From: Eutreptiella sp. 'Long Island Sound 2002' | Taxonomy: Eukaryota; Protista; Euglenida | Reading direction: 5' to 3' | Assembly (NCBI GenBank): GCA_964036045.1 | Contig: OZ038378.1 | Coordinates: 59,892,001-59,956,000, forward strand | DNA length: 64,000 nt | Part shown: positions 61,001-64,000 of the stretch, one piece after another | Layout of the letters: every line of letters starts with the position of its first letter | Numbering within the stretch: the first letter of the stretch is position 1 | Made by a program: the position numbers and the translations under genes | Notes under the pieces: generated by a model | What the model was told of the DNA's origin: nothing | The model's input: only the letters and a program-made list of their open reading frames with translations | Database searches by the model: none

Positions 61001-61920
61001 CAACAGTTCCCCGCAAACAAACCTGGGTGCCCATGTCGCACGGGCTCACACCCATCTATGTGCGACAACTGATGGCTGCCCTTACCCACGGAAGCCATAT
61101 CCCAGATGACATCATGCACACCTATATCCGGCCCTTCAACACCAGCTAGGTGACCACGGACCACAATAGGGGTTGGGTTCCGCAACTCTCGTGTACGCAC
61201 ACCCTCATCACTTCGGCTCCGCCCTAACAACCCCCCAAAAGACATGGCATCGTTCGCTCACCCCCAACGCCCAACCCGGCACAACTCAACCTTGAAGCCT
61301 TGGGGACCCCATAGATGGCAGGGGTTACGTGGCCACCGCGCCCCCTTGTGGGCCGATAGTGATTTGGTCGCCTTCTTTGAAGCGTTAAGAACCTCCCAAC
61401 CGGTAGGTGTTAAATACCCACCGTGCCCGCTTGTGGGCCTTTCCCGGCCGTGTCCCATTTTTTGAAGTGTCGGGGACCCCTTAGACTACAAGGGTCATGC
61501 TCCCGCTACACCAACCTGTGCGCAACTTCTGAATTTGTCACCTGCTTCGAAGTCTTTGGGACCCCCAGACGCTAGGTGGACTTTTTCTCACGCATGAAGC
61601 GTTGGCGGGGGCTATGTAGCGACTAGGCCCACTTGCCGGCCACTGCAGATGTTGTCCTCCACTAGGGTAACCCCTAGGTGGCGGGGAGGTTTTTTAGCCA
61701 CAAGGCCATTTGTGGGGTGCTGGTATTTATGTCCCTCGCTGTGAAGTGTTTGGGACCCAAATGGCAGAGTTTTCGTCGCCACCACTCCCCCTTGTTGGTC
61801 ACTGCTGATTTTGTCCCCTGCTTCGAATCTCTTGGGACGGCACAGACGGTAGGGGTCATGTAGCCACCTATGAATTTATCTCCCACTTTGAAGAGTTTAG
61901 AACCCCCCAGACGCTAGCTG
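58020..61920. repeat. ~84-bp satellite family (same as 39130-41440), with orientation switches and a unique core
   Basis: Reverse at 58020-59990, forward at 59990-60800, unique at 60800-61280, reverse at 61280-61920. Confidence 0.85.
60870..61150 (+). pseudogene. Coding remnant in the Foldback-like core; weak resemblance to the Ulp1/C48 protease N-terminal part
   Basis: MGIRALEPFTELENRFILDVLQHIQDDHPVYAHR* then, after a frameshift, ..LMAALTHGSHIPDDIMHTYIRPFN (cf. L..g.WLnD.vin.Y). Confidence 0.3.
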
Positions 61921-62879
61921 CTAGGCCCTTGGCACGCGCTTGAACGCAAAGATTGTTCCGGCCAAATGGTTCCAGTGTTCCAACATAAATGGCCCGAACA
62001 AAAAAATTTCGAAGTTGATTTACCCCCCAACCAAGCACACCCATTCATGCTGGGAAAATATGTTGTTTGCTAGCCTAGGGGCACCCCGCTGGTACTCTAA
62101 TTTGTCGTATTCCGTGTTGTGGTGCGAAAAACATTTCCATTCAAAAACAGTTTTGGCCGGAACACCACTAGAACACCGCCACAACAAGTTACCGGAACCC
62201 CACCGGAACACGCAAGGGGCACAAAGATGAAATGGCGTATAACGGGTAAGTGGAACATACATTGTAGGTCAAGGTGCCGGCGAGGGCGGATGGGGTTTGT
62301 CTCTTTGCGGGTCCTTAGCCCAGTAGTCTTTGTTCCTCGTGGGGCTAAAGAGCACCATGGAACGTTTCCCAACGGCCCCACTACTAACCCCTTCTCATTC
62401 TCTAACCACCACGCCGCCACCCTGCACCCCTACCCATGGAATGTTTCCCACCGGTCCCACTACCCCTGCCCCCTTCTCAATCTCTCACCACCACACCGTC
62501 ACCCTGCACCCCTACCCCCAGACTTTTGTCCCGGTAGCAGTGCGTGCACCCCCCCCCCCCCCTCCCCTCACATACGCACACACAAAGACGATGATGAAGG
62601 CACCTGCATACACCCATCCCCTCCGACACCCGTCTCTCCTTCCTCCTTCCTCTATCCTCCCCTTCCCCTAGCGGTTAAGGTTAGGGAGGGTATGCCTTTT
62701 TCTTTTGGCAGGTTCTTTATATGTGTTATGTGTGTTTCCTTCGCTGCATGTGTGTCTTTTTTCTTGCCCAAATCAATCTCCCTCAGCAGCCCCCCCCCCC
62801 CTGAGCATGCCGTGCTTCCTCACTGTGCTCACAAGGAGTAGGGTGGCTATGTTGTGCTCTATTGTACAATGATGTGTTG

Positions 62880-64000
62880 CTTGTGTTTTGTTGTGTTGTG
62901 GTGTGTGGCAGTGTGTTGTTGTGTTGTGTTACTAGTGTCGGCCATTGTTATGTGATGTGGGCTGCGGGCGGTGGGCCTTGGGCTGTGGGCTGGGGCCTGT
63001 CGGCTGTGCCATGTGATCTGTGATTGGTGGTGTGTGGTATATGGTCTGTGGTATGTGTTCTTTGGTCTATGGTTGGTGGTCTGTGGCCTGTGGTCTGTGG
63101 TCTCTGGTTTTTGGTCAATGGTTGGTGGTGTGTGGCCACTCGTCTGTCGTTTGTGGTCTCTGGTTGGTGGTCTGTGGTTGGTGGTACACAGGTTTCTTGG
63201 TTGTTCCGGTGAAGTTCACATAACTTGTTCCGGCGATGTTTTGGCAACGTTCTCACGTTTTTTTGTGTTCCAAAATGGAATGTCGCCACAACAACTCATG
63301 AGAACGCCGCGGGAGGCCGCCAAACAGTTTTTCTCGCCCTAGTGGCCCTTATTACGAGCGGGAAAGTGGTCTGCGGTCTGTTGTTGGTGGTATGTGGTTT
63401 CCGTGGTTTGTGGTTGGGGGTTTATTGTCAGTGGTCAGTGGTCAGTGGTCAGTGTTAAGTGGTCAGTGGTGTATGGTTGGTGGTCTGTGGTGTGTGGCCG
63501 GTGGTTTGTGGTCTATGGCCATGGGGCTGTGGTCTGTGGTTGGTGGTCTGTGGTCCGTGGTCTGTGGTCCGTGGTTTGTGGTCTGTGGCTAGTGGTTGGT
63601 GGTCTCTGTGGTTTGTGGTTGGTGGTCACTGGTTTGTGGTTGGTGGTCTGTGATATATGGTCAGTGGTCCGTGGTTGATGGTCTGTTGTTGGTGGTTTGT
63701 GGTTTGTGGTTGGTGGTCAGTGGTCAGTGGTCAATGGTATGTGGTCTTCGATCTCTGATGGTGGTCTGTGGTTTGTGGCAGGTTGTCTATGGATGGTGGT
63801 CATTGGTAAGTGGTCAATGGCCTATGGTTTGTGGTCTCTAGCTCGTGGTTTGTGGTCCGTGGTTGGTGGTCTGTTGTTCGTGGTCTGTGATCATTGGTCG
63901 GTGGTGGGTGCTTGGTGGTTGGTGGTCTTGGGTTGGTAGTCTGTGGTTGTTGGTCTGTGGTTTGTGGTCCGGGGATGGTGGTCTGTGGTTGGTGGCATGT
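62880..64000. repeat. Low-complexity degenerate (TGTGGTC/TGTGGTT)n tract
   Basis: Direct reading; the overlapping W/V/C/G-rich ORFs are artefacts of the repeat. Confidence 0.9.

Noticed and set aside
62880-64000. Trp/Val/Cys-rich ORFs resembling membrane proteins
   Set aside because: Artefacts of the TGTGGTC low-complexity tract.

Overview
This 64-kb window looks eukaryotic: GT-AG introns, TTAGGG-type repeats, PPR exons and dense repeats. The organism cannot be determined; the sequence style is reminiscent of a euglenid or algal genome, which is only a guess. Most of it is satellites, MITE-like elements and decayed coding remnants. The standout is a ~7-kb DNA transposon with both ends intact (46932-53912), perfect 24-bp TIRs and a 5-bp TTAGG target duplication. 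It encodes an uninterrupted 758-aa transposase with Academ-like DDE motifs. It also carries a second, six-exon gene (~749 codons, one in-frame TAG) whose product looks like a ParB/Srx-fold domain fused to a degenerate beta-class N6A/N4C DNA-methyltransferase-like region. About 12 copies of a GCTGG-NN-CCAGC palindrome lie in the element's non-coding parts, including three introns, like parS or transposase-binding sites. Other content: three satellite families that all switch orientation (one appears to form the arms of a Foldback-like element present twice), several 8-bp-TSD MITEs (one with telomeric repeats), a LINE remnant with an APE endonuclease start, two PPR-like exons, and recurrent CCAG/CTGG/CCGG->CTAG changes in decayed repeats. 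All protein family calls come from motif recognition by eye; no database search was run.
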